Assembly (NCBI GenBank): GCA_964291625.2
Contig: OZ220090.1
Span: 64,001 to 128,000, forward strand
DNA: 64,000 nucleotides
Source of the DNA: Candidatus Latescibacterota bacterium
GTDB taxonomy: Bacteria; Latescibacterota; UBA2968; UBA8231
Direction: 5' to 3'
A model generated the notes under the pieces. It had not been told where the DNA came from. It worked only from the letters and a program-made list of their open reading frames with translations, and ran no database searches. The position numbers and the translations under genes are program-made. Positions 47,867 through 58,759 of the stretch are shown here, in pieces (within the stretch, counting starts at the first letter, position 1; each line of letters opens with the position of its first letter).

Positions 47867-50800
47867 CTACCGCACCAGGACGAACTTGCGGGCCCACACC
47901 TTCTCGGCGGTGACCAGCCGGTAGAGGTAGACGCCGCTGGCCAGGGGACGTCCCCGGTCGTCGCGGCCGTCCCAGTGCAGGCGGTGAGGGCCGGCCTCGT
48001 GGTGGCCCCGGCTCAGGACCGCCACCCGCTGGCCGTTCAGGGCGAACACCTCCAGCCGCGCCGGCCCCGGCTGCAGCAGGAACCAGCTGATGACGGTCCC
48101 GCTGTTGAAGGGGTTGGGCCAGTTCTGCTGCAGTTGCGGGCCATCGGGCAGACCGATCATCTCCCGGGCCAGGGCCAGCAGCCTGGCCCGCGCCGGCTGG
48201 CCGAAGCTCTCGGCGAAGAGGAAGAAGTCGGCGAAGTCGACCGTGCCGCTGGCGTCGAGGTCGAAGCGGGGGTCGCTGCCGCCGAAGGCCTCTGCGAAGA
48301 GGAAGAAGTCGGAGAAGCCGACCTCGCCGTCGCCGTCGAAGTCAAGGCTCGCCTTGGCGGTAACGGTGAAGGTCACCGGCTCCAGGTCGCCCACGGTGAC
48401 CTCCACGGTGTTCGATCCGGGAGCCAGGCCCAGGGTCAGGGTGGTGGCCGCCCGGCCTCGGGCATCGGTGGTGACCGTCTCGACCGAGACCGTCCCTCCG
48501 CCGCCGGTGACCGCGAAGGTGACCTGTGCGCCAGCGAAGGGATCGCCGATCTCGTCCCTCACTTCAACGATCAGCTTTCCTGGAAGGAGGGCACCGGGTT
48601 CGCCCTCCTGGTCGTCCCCCGAGACGATCCCCAGTGTATGGGGTGTCGGGGTGAGGTCCCACAGCAGCCCCGTGCCGTCCCCGGATCCGGAGGCAAGGGT
48701 AGTGCCGTCGCGGGAAAAGGTCAGGTGATGGACCCCCGCGATGTGTCCCTCGAGAGTGAGGGCTCTCTTCCAGGTTTCCGTGTCATACAGCACCACGGTT
48801 CCGTCCTGGGGTCCGGCGGCGAGGGTGCCACCGTCGGGGGAGAAGGCCAGGGAGTACACCTCCCGGTGCCCCCCAAGCGTGGCGATCTCCTTCCGGGAAC
48901 TCACCTCCCACAGCCTGACCTCGCCGTCGCTGTTCCAGGATCCGGTGGCGAGCGTGGCGCCATCGGCAGAGAAGGCCACGACGGCGACGTATCCCGTATG
49001 GTGGAAAGTGGCGATCTCCTGCCTGGTACCTACCTCCCAAAGCCGGGCGGTCTCATCCCAGGCGCCGCTGGCGAGGATGGCGCCATCGGGGGAGAAGGCC
49101 ACGGAACTGACGGGACCCGTATGCCCTGCCAACAGGGCGATGCTCTCGCCCTCGGCCACGTCCCACAGCCGGATGTTCTCCCAGTATCCAGCGGCGAGGA
49201 CGGAGCCATCCGGGGAGAACGCCACGGACTGAACGTCCCTGTCAGCTCCCTGAAGAGTGGAGATGGCTCGCATACTGGCCACATCCCACAGCGTGACTCT
49301 CTCCCGCTCTCCGACTGCGAGGATGGTGCCGTCAGGCGAGAAGGCCAGCCCGTACGCCCTCTTGCTCTCGAGAGTGGCCGCATCCCGGCCCGTCCTGACG
49401 TCCACCAGCCGTGTCGAGTTCACCGAGGCGATAGCCACGGTTCCGCCATCGGGGGACAGGGCCAGGGCCCCCGATGCATGCCCCGGAATCCGGCCGGCAC
49501 TCCCTGTCTCGATCTCCCACAGCCGGATGTCATCCCACGATACCGACGCAAGGGTGCGACCGTCGGGGGAGAACGCCACGGCCTCGACCGAAGTTGAAAG
49601 ATCAAAGGTGGCCGCAACCCCTCCCGTGGCGGCGTCCCACACGCGGGCCGTCCTGTCGTAGGAGCCGCTGGCGAGGGTGGACCCGTCGGACGAGAAGGCC
49701 AGGGAGCTGATCCTGCCCGTATGCCCCGCCAGGGTGGCTCTCTCCCGGCCCTGGTCGATGTCCCACAGCTTGAGCGTGCTCCCCGACCCGATGGCGAGGG
49801 TGGCGCCGTCGGGCGACAGGGCCACGGAGAAGACCTCCGTCCCATCGTCGAGTGCGGGTGCCGAATGAGTCATGACGAGGTTCCCCGAGGCCACGTCCCA
49901 CAGCATGACCGCGTTCCTCCCCGTCAGGGTGAGGGTGGTGCCGTCCGGCGAGAAGGCCAGGGACCCGGAGGCGTCAGCGGCTGCACTCCACAACTCGCGC
50001 CCGTCGGCGACATCCAACAGCTTGAGCGCACTCCACGACCCGATGGCGAGAGTGGCGCCATCCGGCGAGAAGGCCACGGAATGGACCTCACCCCCATGTC
50101 CGTAGAGAGTCGTGCTCTCGCCGCGGGACACGTCCCAAAGCACCACGCGGCCGTCCCGGGATCCGGCGGCGACGGTGCCGTCGGGCGAGATGGCCGCGGA
50201 GGTGATCCAGGCACCCGGCAGCAGGTCGATGGCACGGGCCGTGGCCGCGTCGTACAGCCAGGTACCGATGCTGGCGGCCACGGCGAGACGCCGGCCGTCG
50301 GGCGAGAACGCAGCAGGTACACCACCGGCAATCCCGCCTCGGCCCAGGCGAACCGACGCCCGGTCCGGCAGATGCCACTTGTGGGGATCGCCCTCCCCGA
50401 CGGCGGGATCGGTCCGTTCAAGGGCGACGAGGCGGAAGGTCACGGGATCGGCCTTGAGCAGTCTCGCCTCGATGGTGATTGGCCCCGGCACTGAGCCAAG
50501 GGTGAGCAGGGCCACGGCCCGGCCGTTGGCATCGGTCTCGATGGTCTCAATGGTGAACCTGCCATCCAGCCGGCCATCGCCCTGGGTGACGGCAAACGTG
50601 ACAGGTGCGCCCGCAATCGCCTCTCCATACTGGTCCCGCACCTCCACCACCAGCGGATTCCCGAGAGGCGCGCCGGGAGGTCCTTCCTGTCCGCCGCCCG
50701 AGATCTCCACCAGCTCATGGGGACGGGGCCGCTGCCACTCGGAGGCATCCCACACCTCGACCGCCTTCCATGTTCCGGTGGCGAGGGTTTCGCCGTCGGG

Positions 50801-52699
50801 GGAGAAGGCCACGGCCTGGACCCAGTCCCTGTGCGCGAGGGAGTCGATCCGGACCCTCGTGCCCACGTCCCAGAGCTTGACGAGGGCTCCGGAGGCGCAG
50901 GCGAGGGTGGCCCCGTCCGGTGAGAAGGCGATGGCGCTGCCGCCCCGGGTATTCTCGATGGTTGCGATGGTCCGACGTGTCGACACATCCCAGAGCCTGA
51001 CCAGGCCGTCCCACCCCGACTGGGAGGCGAGGGTGGCGCCGTCGGGCGAGAATGCCACGGCACCGACCCAGCGTGTATGGCCCTCGAGGACGGCGGTACG
51101 CTCTCCGGCCACCGGATCCCAGAGAGTGACCGCCTCCTCCGAGGTGGAGGCCAGGCTTGTCCCATCGGGCGAGAAAGCGATGGCCGTCACGTGGGACTCA
51201 TGGTCGAGGTCGGCGTATTTCGTCCCAGTGGCCGCGTCCCACAGCCGGACGGTGTCGTCCCCGGACACGACGGCCAGGCTCTCCCCGTCGGGTGGGGAGA
51301 AGGCGACGGACCTGAACCGCCGGTTCCCGGGTCCTGCCCCCAGTGTGGCGGTATGGGTGCCGGTGGCCACTTCCCACAGCTTGACCATGCCATCGTGCTC
51401 GGAGGCAAGGGTGGCCCCGTCCGGCGAGATCGCCACGGCCCCGGGCCGAGACGAAGGTCCGAAACTGGCGATCGTCTTCCGGGTCCCCGGATCCCACAGC
51501 TTGACCACGGTGTCACCGCCCGCCGAGGCAAGAGAGCCACCGGGCGCGAAGGCCAGGGAGACGACGTGCCCGGGCTCTTCGAGGGTGGCGGCATGACGTT
51601 CGGAGAGCTGGAAGAGGGAGAATCCGATGCGGCTTGTCCTGCCGGCCGTGTCGACGGCCCGGAAGCGCAGCCAATGCACGATGGGATCGGCGAGACTCGA
51701 GTTGGCCTTGGACGGGATGAGTCCGTCGTAGTCGAACTCGACGACCGCCGAGGGCTCGCCCGCAAAGGAGCGGCACTCCTTCACCTCGGCGCCGCCCGCG
51801 GCGAAGTGAGGCAGCTCCGTCGTTGCGTAGAGGACGACCTGGTGAAGTCCTGTCGAGCTGTCGACCTCGAGGCGGATCGGGGTGCTCGTCGAACCGGCCC
51901 CATAGCCGCGAGGGGAGATCAGATCGACCGACGTCGGAGATGCTCCCTGAGCTGGCTCGACCTCCGGGTTGAGATAGGGATGAACGGTCAGGTACTCGGC
52001 GGCACAGGCCGACAGCCGCGCCCGGTCACCCGCACCGTACGACATGATGTACTCGCTGTCTCTGAAGTCGTGCTCCAGGTCGAAGGCATGGCCGAGCTCA
52101 TGGGCCAGGGTTCTCCAGGAGAACCCGCCGGGGACCAGCACCGTGGTGCCCCCGGTACCCCTCCAGGTGACGCCCCCGGCTCCTCCACTGAAATAGGGCA
52201 CCGTGTTCGCACTGAGGTCGAGGACCACGACTTCGATCGGATGTCGTCCCAGGGTTCGCCAGATCTCCCCCCGGGTCCCGGAACGCTCCAGATAGTGAGC
52301 GTCCCCATGTTCGCCATCCACCCGGTGAACCAGCGGTTCACCCTGGTCGTCGGTCTCGAAGCGGAAGCTCAGGTTCCCATGGCCGTGCCGCTCCATCTCT
52401 TCCGCGTAGAAGCTCTGGATCTGCCGGGCCGTGGCCTTCAGTCTGTCTACGAGCTCCGCACGAAAGGGACGGTCGTCGGGAAGGAAGTAGATCATCCGCA
52501 GGGTGCGAGGGTCCCCGGCATTCAAAGCCGCCGCCTTGGCCGCCGGGGGGCCTGGCTCTACCCGGGAGTCGATCACCCGGCAGAAGGGAACATCCTCTGA
52601 ATCTGAAGGATGGGTGGAGGCACCGGCAGGCGGTATCGCGGCGAGGTCGAGGCCGGCGAAGGCGAGTGAGCATAACCCGCGGATCAGCAGCTTGCCCAT
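47867..52699 (-). CDS. Secreted multidomain protein: zincin metalloprotease + WD40 repeats + Big_1-like Ig domains + EF-hand/dockerin + FlgD-Ig/T9SS-like tail
   Basis: HELGHAFDLEH plus YIMSY; many AFSPDG..LA..WD repeats; ISGGGQEG/VSGDDQEG Ig units; DFDGDGEVGFSDF; NWPNPFN...WDGRD. Confidence 0.85.
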   Translation of the reverse strand: MGKLLIRGLCSLAFAGLDLAAIPPAGASTHPSDSEDVPFCRVIDSRVEPGPPAAKAAALNAGDPRTLRMIYFLPDDRPFRAELVDRLKATARQIQSFYAEEMERHGHGNLSFRFETDDQGEPLVHRVDGEHGDAHYLERSGTRGEIWRTLGRHPIEVVVLDLSANTVPYFSGGAGGVTWRGTGGTTVLVPGGFSWRTLAHELGHAFDLEHDFRDSEYIMSYGAGDRARLSACAAEYLTVHPYLNPEVEPAQGASPTSVDLISPRGYGAGSTSTPIRLEVDSSTGLHQVVLYATTELPHFAAGGAEVKECRSFAGEPSAVVEFDYDGLIPSKANSSLADPIVHWLRFRAVDTAGRTSRIGFSLFQLSERHAATLEEPGHVVSLAFAPGGSLASAGGDTVVKLWDPGTRKTIASFGPSSRPGAVAISPDGATLASEHDGMVKLWEVATGTHTATLGAGPGNRRFRSVAFSPPDGESLAVVSGDDTVRLWDAATGTKYADLDHESHVTAIAFSPDGTSLASTSEEAVTLWDPVAGERTAVLEGHTRWVGAVAFSPDGATLASQSGWDGLVRLWDVSTRRTIATIENTRGGSAIAFSPDGATLACASGALVKLWDVGTRVRIDSLAHRDWVQAVAFSPDGETLATGTWKAVEVWDASEWQRPRPHELVEISGGGQEGPPGAPLGNPLVVEVRDQYGEAIAGAPVTFAVTQGDGRLDGRFTIETIETDANGRAVALLTLGSVPGPITIEARLLKADPVTFRLVALERTDPAVGEGDPHKWHLPDRASVRLGRGGIAGGVPAAFSPDGRRLAVAASIGTWLYDAATARAIDLLPGAWITSAAISPDGTVAAGSRDGRVVLWDVSRGESTTLYGHGGEVHSVAFSPDGATLAIGSWSALKLLDVADGRELWSAAADASGSLAFSPDGTTLTLTGRNAVMLWDVASGNLVMTHSAPALDDGTEVFSVALSPDGATLAIGSGSTLKLWDIDQGRERATLAGHTGRISSLAFSSDGSTLASGSYDRTARVWDAATGGVAATFDLSTSVEAVAFSPDGRTLASVSWDDIRLWEIETGSAGRIPGHASGALALSPDGGTVAIASVNSTRLVDVRTGRDAATLESKRAYGLAFSPDGTILAVGERERVTLWDVASMRAISTLQGADRDVQSVAFSPDGSVLAAGYWENIRLWDVAEGESIALLAGHTGPVSSVAFSPDGAILASGAWDETARLWEVGTRQEIATFHHTGYVAVVAFSADGATLATGSWNSDGEVRLWEVSSRKEIATLGGHREVYSLAFSPDGGTLAAGPQDGTVVLYDTETWKRALTLEGHIAGVHHLTFSRDGTTLASGSGDGTGLLWDLTPTPHTLGIVSGDDQEGEPGALLPGKLIVEVRDEIGDPFAGAQVTFAVTGGGGTVSVETVTTDARGRAATTLTLGLAPGSNTVEVTVGDLEPVTFTVTAKASLDFDGDGEVGFSDFFLFAEAFGGSDPRFDLDASGTVDFADFFLFAESFGQPARARLLALAREMIGLPDGPQLQQNWPNPFNSGTVISWFLLQPGPARLEVFALNGQRVAVLSRGHHEAGPHRLHWDGRDDRGRPLASGVYLYRLVTAEKVWARKFVLVR

Positions 52700-52890
52700 C
52701 TTGCGCTTCGTGTCGGGTCTCCGGGTTCGGCGGTCGTCGGGTGGGAGATGGGGCAGCATAGAGGCGCACAAGCCGGGAAGTCAACGGCCAACGGCGCGGC
52801 CGTCTTCTCCTGGTTCGGTCCTCGTCCAAGGATGGGCCGTCGCCAGCAGCGCCGGACACCCTCGTGCCGCCGTCGTGGTGAGTGCGTGAC

Positions 52891-54081
52891 TCACCCCGCC
52901 CGCGACGGGATCGTCCGCAACAGCGCCAGGAACCCGCCCGCCAGCGACACCGCCGCCGCCAGGTGGAAGACGGCGTCCAGGCCGGCCGCCTGCGCCAGGT
53001 ACCCCGAAGCCGCGGGTCCCGCGAACATGCCGAAGGCGTAGATCGCCTGGTAGACGCCCATCCCGGTGGCCCGGTCCTCGGGGGCGATCGCGCGCAGGCT
53101 GAGGGCGATGAGCACCGTGTTGGCCACCCCGCGGCCGAGGCCGCCCAGTCCCTGCAGCGCCGTGAGGGTCCACACCGACGCGGTGAAGGGAACGAGGGCC
53201 ATGCTCAGGGCCACGAGCACCGACGCCAGGAAGAGGGCGGCGCGGTTGCCCCAGCCATTGACGAGGCGCGTCGTCGCCATGGTCCCGAGGACCTGGGTGA
53301 AGAGCATGGCCGTGGTCACGTAGCCGACCTGGGCGTCGCTGGCGCCGATGCGCTCGGCGTGGAGAGGAACGAAGCCGTAGCTGCCCCCGAAGGTGACGAA
53401 CTGGGCGAGGATGCCGATGCCGCCGGCGAGCAGCAGCAGCCGGGTGCGCGCCACCCGCACGAAGACCGCCGCCGAGTAGGAGCCCGTGCGCCGCGATGCC
53501 GGCTCCCGGGCGGCGAGCATCAGCACCGCGCCCGCGGCGCCGGTGGCGGCGGCGGCGTAGAAGGCGGTGCCGGTCCCGAGGTGCTCGGAGATCAGCCCGC
53601 CGGCGAAGGTGGCTGCGAGCAGGCCGGTGGTGTTGATCGTCATCAGGCGCGAGAGGGCGTGGAGGGTGCGGTTGGGCGGGTAGTAGGAGGAGTAGAGGAC
53701 GCTGATCGCCACCCATCCCGCGGCGCCGACGCCGACCACCGTCCGTGCCGCGAACAGGCTCCACGGATCGGGCGACAGGGCCAGGCCCACGGCGCCGGCG
53801 GCCGAGCACGCCAGGGCCCCGGCGGCGAAGGGTTTGCGGCGCCCCAGCAAGTCGGCGGCGACGCCGATGGGGATGCGCAGGAGCAGCTGGGCGATGGCGT
53901 ACGAGGCGACCACGAGACCGACCATCGACAGGCTGGACCCCAGCTCCTCGGCGTGCAGGGGCAGGACCGGTACGTAGAGATAGAGGGCCAGCCAGAAGGC
54001 GAAGGTCCCGGCCCCGACCAGAATCACCGACCGTCGGTCGACGGGCGGATGCCGGTCCTGGCCGGCTGTGGACGCTGCCAT
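52891..54081 (-). CDS. MFS transporter
   Basis: Motif A GVAADLLGRRK; about 12 TM helices. Confidence 0.9.
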   Translation of the reverse strand: MAASTAGQDRHPPVDRRSVILVGAGTFAFWLALYLYVPVLPLHAEELGSSLSMVGLVVASYAIAQLLLRIPIGVAADLLGRRKPFAAGALACSAAGAVGLALSPDPWSLFAARTVVGVGAAGWVAISVLYSSYYPPNRTLHALSRLMTINTTGLLAATFAGGLISEHLGTGTAFYAAAATGAAGAVLMLAAREPASRRTGSYSAAVFVRVARTRLLLLAGGIGILAQFVTFGGSYGFVPLHAERIGASDAQVGYVTTAMLFTQVLGTMATTRLVNGWGNRAALFLASVLVALSMALVPFTASVWTLTALQGLGGLGRGVANTVLIALSLRAIAPEDRATGMGVYQAIYAFGMFAGPAASGYLAQAAGLDAVFHLAAAVSLAGGFLALLRTIPSRAG

Positions 54082-54115
54082 TCTCCTGGGTCCGGTGGGT
54101 CGGGGGCCCGTCGGC

Positions 54116-55213
54116 TCAGTCCGGCAGCCGGTGCTCGTTCACGACGGCCGCGTCCAACTCGATCCCCAGGCCCGGCTTTGCGTTCACCGCCAGGCGCCCC
54201 CCGACGATCCTCTCGGCCGGCTGGATCAGCTCCTCCCGCCACGGCGCCTCGCCCCAGGCGTACTCGAGGATCAGGAACTCCGGGTGGGCGGCCATGGCCT
54301 GCGCCGAGGCGGCGGTGACCACCGGTCCGAAGGGGCCGTGAGGCGCCGTCGGGATCCCCCGGGCGGCGGCCATGGCGGCCACCTGGTGCAGCTCGGAGAT
54401 GCCGCCGACGATGGTGACGTCGGGCATGGCCGCGTCGAGGGCCCGGCGCTCCAGGACCTCCCACCAGCCGCGGCGGAGGGCGCGGCTCTCGCCGCCGGCC
54501 ACCGGCATCCCGCAGGCGGCCTTCACGCTCCGGTAGCCCTCGAAGTCGTCCTGGGGCAACGGCTCCTCGAACCAGAACAGGTCCAGGTCGCCCAGCGCCT
54601 CGGCGACCTCGAGGGCCCCCTTCGTCGTGAAGCGGGAGTGGCAGTCGACGAGCACGTCGACGCCGGGGCCGACGGCGTCGCGGACGGCCCGCAGGCACTC
54701 GATGCCGTCGCGGCCGGCCTCGGTGCTGTCGAGAGCGGAGGGCAGGTGATCGAAGGGGGCCAGCTTGACCGCGTCGTGGCCGTCGCCAACGGCGGCCGCC
54801 GCATTGCGTGCGAAGGCCTCGGGCGACCGGTCTCCCCGGGTGGCGCGGTTGATGTTGGCGTAGACGTGGATCTCCTGCCGGCAGGCGCCGCCGAGCAGGG
54901 CGTGCACCGGCGCCTGCAGGGACTTGCCGAGCAGGTCCCACAGGGCCTGCTCCAGGCCGCTGAGGGCGCGCCCCCCCGCGGCGTCCAGCTCGGCGGGGCG
55001 GAAGCTCTCCACCAGTTGCCGCACACGGCGCGGATCCCGGCCGACGAGGGAGCCGGCCATCTCCCGCGCCAGGGGCAGGTGACCCGAGCGCCGCACCGAC
55101 GGGTTCAGCTCGCCGAGGCCGCTCAGGCCGTCATCGGTGTGGACCTGCGCGAAGGTCCAGTCCACGTGCGATGCAACGCGGACCGTGTGGAACTCGACGT
55201 GTTCGATTCGCAT
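54116..55213 (-). CDS. Mandelate racemase/muconate lactonizing enolase family (DgoD-like acid-sugar dehydratase)
   Basis: GLGE, EQALWDLLGK, LLGG, VDCH, WFEEP, AGGE, APH, PGLGIE. Confidence 0.88.
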   Translation of the reverse strand: MRIEHVEFHTVRVASHVDWTFAQVHTDDGLSGLGELNPSVRRSGHLPLAREMAGSLVGRDPRRVRQLVESFRPAELDAAGGRALSGLEQALWDLLGKSLQAPVHALLGGACRQEIHVYANINRATRGDRSPEAFARNAAAAVGDGHDAVKLAPFDHLPSALDSTEAGRDGIECLRAVRDAVGPGVDVLVDCHSRFTTKGALEVAEALGDLDLFWFEEPLPQDDFEGYRSVKAACGMPVAGGESRALRRGWWEVLERRALDAAMPDVTIVGGISELHQVAAMAAARGIPTAPHGPFGPVVTAASAQAMAAHPEFLILEYAWGEAPWREELIQPAERIVGGRLAVNAKPGLGIELDAAVVNEHRLPD

Positions 55214-55220
55214 GGCTCTC

Positions 55221-57191
55221 TCAGTACACGGGGATCACGTTGCCCACCTTGCCGGTGAAGCCGTCGACGATGAGCCACAGGCCGCCGGAGACGATCTGCC
55301 CCAGGGCCATCCCCAGGAACAGGGGGCGGCCGCGGGCATAGGTGCGGGCCCCGCCGAAGCGCAGGACCAGGACCTTGAAGGCCCAGGCGAGGAAGACCGG
55401 GAACCAGAGGCGCTGCATGGCCCAGCCCATGCCCACGGGGTAGCCGATCGGATGCAGGGGCCACCAGGGGAGCTGCTGGCGGGCCAGGAAGAGCAGGCCC
55501 ATGACCGTGGCGCCGGCGCCCGTGTGGACCCATCCCTCGGTGCTGAACTGCACGGGAGCGACCAGCTGCTTGGCGGCGAAGTCCGCAGGCCTCGTGGCGA
55601 AGCTCTTGAAGTACTGGGAGTGCAGGTTGATGCCCCCGTGCTGGTGGGCCAGATCCAGCAGGAACCAGCAGGAGACGACCAGGGCCGCCGCCATGGCCAG
55701 GGCCACGGCCCCGGAGATGCGCCGCCGGTGGGGGCCGGTGTCGCTGCTCAGACGCAGGCCGTTGGCCAGGGGGGCGGTCATGAAGACCAGGAAGTCGCCG
55801 GTCCAGATGTAGGAGTAGCCGAGGGCCACCAGGCCCGTCGGACCCAGGGCCGGGGCGCCGACGCCGGAGAGCACGAAGCCGGCGGGGATCATGGCCGGCG
55901 TCACCGTGGGCAGGCCGGCCTCGGCGATGACCCGCGCCAGGCCGATGAAGAGCACCAGGGCGCAGACCACCACCAGCGGCACCACCAGGGGAGGCAGCCC
56001 CGAGCGCCACAGCCACAGGGACATGATCGCCACCCCCGCCGCCAGTCCGAGCAGGGCGGCGCGGTAGGAGAGGATCTCGGCCGAGTCGTCCACCTCGGGG
56101 GCCCGGCCGAAGGCCTTGGCCAGGACCTGGCGGAGATGGCCCCGCGCCGTCCACAGTCCGAAGAGGACGAGAACGGCGAGGGCCCCGGTCATCTCGTGGC
56201 CCACTCCCGGCTGGCTCCAGTCGCCCACCGACTGCTCGTACCCGCCGATGCCGAGGAGATGGAAGAGCCGGTCCTGGACGCGGTGCAGCAGGAAGAAGAA
56301 CCACAGGCCCATGGAGACGGACGACCCGATGAGGTAGGAGAACCCGAGGATCAGGAAGTTCACCGACAGGTCCAGGGGAATGCCGAAGACGACGACGCTC
56401 CCCGACATCCGGAGGGAAGGGAAGACGGCGCTGTACTTCGACAGGCCGTTGGTCAGGTTGATGAGGAGGGGGACCGACATGCCGATCCAGGTGAGCGGGT
56501 TGGTGAAGAACGGCGGCAGCCAGCGGCGGCCGGCGCCCTCGAGCATGGCCAGGGGCACCTGGGCCATGGGGAAGGCGAGGCGCTCGCGGTCAACCCACTG
56601 GCGGCGCAGCAGCACCATGGCGCACAGTTGCGCCAGGTAGAGGCCGAGGTAGAACACGGCCCACGACGCCAGGGCGGGCAGCCAGGCCTCCCAGAGCACG
56701 GCGCCGCCGCCCTCGAAGAACAGCTGCGCCGCCTCGGCGTCGGTGACCACCATCCACTCCGGCAGGTGGGGGTGGACCAGCTCTTCCCATCGATTCTCCG
56801 GCGTGGCGTAGTAGTCGTGGCCGCTGATCATGGGCAGCAGCATGCCCATCACCCCGCGCGTGGGGATGGCGGAGGCCACCATCATCATGAAGAACACGAC
56901 GATCAGCTCGCCGCGGCGCAGGGCCCAGCCGGCGCTCAGGCGGCGCAGCAGCGGCTGCACGAAGAGCAGCAGCAGGAAGAGGGCGAAGAAGGCGGCGGGC
57001 GTGGCCGAGCTCAGCCCCAGGCGGCTGCCGCGGATCAGCATGCTGCCGTAGGGCACGCAGACGGCGATGAGCACGCAGAAGGCGAGACCGATGAGGATGC
57101 TGCGGAAGGTGACCGCCGGACCGGTGCCGGCGGCGGTGTCCCCGCGCCGCGCGAGGTGGGCGCGGTACTCGGGGGGCAGGATGCGTCTCAC
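55221..57191 (-). CDS. DUF6785/DUF6784 polytopic membrane protein (paralogue of 41657-43627)
   Basis: YYATPENRW, RRQW..ERL.FP, WWPLHPIG, LRFGG; GTG start inferred. Confidence 0.75.
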   Translation of the reverse strand: MRRILPPEYRAHLARRGDTAAGTGPAVTFRSILIGLAFCVLIAVCVPYGSMLIRGSRLGLSSATPAAFFALFLLLLFVQPLLRRLSAGWALRRGELIVVFFMMMVASAIPTRGVMGMLLPMISGHDYYATPENRWEELVHPHLPEWMVVTDAEAAQLFFEGGGAVLWEAWLPALASWAVFYLGLYLAQLCAMVLLRRQWVDRERLAFPMAQVPLAMLEGAGRRWLPPFFTNPLTWIGMSVPLLINLTNGLSKYSAVFPSLRMSGSVVVFGIPLDLSVNFLILGFSYLIGSSVSMGLWFFFLLHRVQDRLFHLLGIGGYEQSVGDWSQPGVGHEMTGALAVLVLFGLWTARGHLRQVLAKAFGRAPEVDDSAEILSYRAALLGLAAGVAIMSLWLWRSGLPPLVVPLVVVCALVLFIGLARVIAEAGLPTVTPAMIPAGFVLSGVGAPALGPTGLVALGYSYIWTGDFLVFMTAPLANGLRLSSDTGPHRRRISGAVALAMAAALVVSCWFLLDLAHQHGGINLHSQYFKSFATRPADFAAKQLVAPVQFSTEGWVHTGAGATVMGLLFLARQQLPWWPLHPIGYPVGMGWAMQRLWFPVFLAWAFKVLVLRFGGARTYARGRPLFLGMALGQIVSGGLWLIVDGFTGKVGNVIPVY

Positions 57192-57455
57192 CCGGGCGGA
57201 AGATAGCGGCCCCGGAGGGGCTGCCCAAAGGCGGAGCCGCCTGCCGGCGGCAGCCGGGCCGCGTGCCCACCGGTCGGAAGGCCGGCGGCTCGATCCTGCG
57301 GCACCCCGTCCCGGAGCAGGTCGGGAGGGCCGGGAGGCCCCCGATCCACCCCTGGCTCCGTGATCCCGGCGCCGGGGGCGAACCGGCACACATCGACCCG
57401 GATCGTGTCGGAGGCTCGCGGGTTGGCGGGCCCCTCGACAGCCTGGAGCCTCTCC

Positions 57456-58754
57456 TCAGAGGCCTCGATCCGCGGCCTCGGCGGCGCTTTGCGCCTCCCG
57501 GCCGGACCAGCCGCCGCCGGCGCCGGGCTCGTGGAGGTCGCCGGGGATAGGCAGCACCTCCACGCCTTCGCCCTCCCCCTCGTCGAGGATGCGGAAGCGG
57601 CGGGCCACCACCTCGGCGCCGAACGGTCCGAAGCGGTTGGGGAAGCCCTGGTGGTCGCCGACCATGAAGACGCTGTCGTCGGGCAGGACGCAGGCCGAGG
57701 GGTAGTAGGCGAGGGGATCGGCCTGGAAGCCCCGGTCGGCAGCGGGCGTGACCCAGGTCTCGCCGCAGTCGCGGCTGTAGAGGACCTGGCCGTTGCCGCC
57801 GGGGCCACTGCAGGTTATCAGCACCACGGTCCCGTCCGAGAGCACCAGCAGGTCGCCCTTCTTCACGGCGTTCGGATGGGGCCGGCCCTCGGGCACGGGC
57901 AGATCCAGCAGCGGCCGCGGCGCCGACCAGGTGCGGCCGTCGTCGGCGCTCGTCGTCCACAGCCCCCAGGGGCGGGAGGCGGTGGCCAGGCGTCCGTCGG
58001 GCAGCCGCGCCAGGTGGCCCTCCTCCATATCCCGCTCCGGGTCGCCGAAGATCGACCGGGTCTCCCAGGTGGCGCCGCCGTCGCCGGAGTGCAGCAGGGC
58101 CATCACCCAGCGGGTCTCGGCCGCTCCCGGCACCGCGTGGCCGTCGACCAGCATCCACAGCCCGCCGTCGGAGGCCTCGGAGAGCGAGCAGGGGTGCTCC
58201 AGCCGCGTCAGGAAGGGTCCGCTGGTGCGGCCCCTCTCCTCCCAGGACTCGCCGCCGTCGCGGCTGCGGAAGACGGCGATCTGTTCGGGGAAGGTGCGGT
58301 CCATGCGCCGCAGGAACTCCACCGGGTCGGAGGGCAGCCGCCCGGCCCAGTACCATCCCGTCTGGATCAGCGCCCCCATGTACAAGGTGCCGTCGCCGTG
58401 CTGGAAGAGGGCCCCGGGGGCATAGGCGTCGGGCACGTCGGCCAGCACCCGGGGGCGCGACCAGGTGGCGCCGTCGTCGCGGCTGCGGGTCCACAGGATG
58501 CGGCCCCCCGTGGGCGCCTCCCAGGTGCCGCCGCCCTCGAACTGGGACTCCATGTACTCGGCGTGTTCCGGCGGCAGCTCGGGCCGCGGGTTGACCCACG
58601 AGGCGTGCCAGTACCCGGCGCTGAAGGCGACGAACAGCGTGCCGTCCCGCAGCCGGCAGATGCGCGGCCAGCCGCAAAAACCCCCGAAGCCGGGGAAGGG
58701 GTCCGGGGCGTTGACCGCGGGGGAGACGACGATCTTGCGGAGTTCGGATGTCAT
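57456..58754 (-). CDS. BNR/Asp-box (sialidase-like) protein
   Basis: Asp-boxes SRDDGATW, SRDGGESW, SGDGGATW, SADDGRTW, SRDCGETW. Confidence 0.85.
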   Translation of the reverse strand: MTSELRKIVVSPAVNAPDPFPGFGGFCGWPRICRLRDGTLFVAFSAGYWHASWVNPRPELPPEHAEYMESQFEGGGTWEAPTGGRILWTRSRDDGATWSRPRVLADVPDAYAPGALFQHGDGTLYMGALIQTGWYWAGRLPSDPVEFLRRMDRTFPEQIAVFRSRDGGESWEERGRTSGPFLTRLEHPCSLSEASDGGLWMLVDGHAVPGAAETRWVMALLHSGDGGATWETRSIFGDPERDMEEGHLARLPDGRLATASRPWGLWTTSADDGRTWSAPRPLLDLPVPEGRPHPNAVKKGDLLVLSDGTVVLITCSGPGGNGQVLYSRDCGETWVTPAADRGFQADPLAYYPSACVLPDDSVFMVGDHQGFPNRFGPFGAEVVARRFRILDEGEGEGVEVLPIPGDLHEPGAGGGWSGREAQSAAEAADRGL

Positions 58755-58759
58755 GGGGA

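Noticed and set aside
48650-51560. Recurrent GAGAAGGCCA motifs as a DNA repeat array
   Set aside because: They encode the AFSPDG of WD40 repeats on the minus strand.
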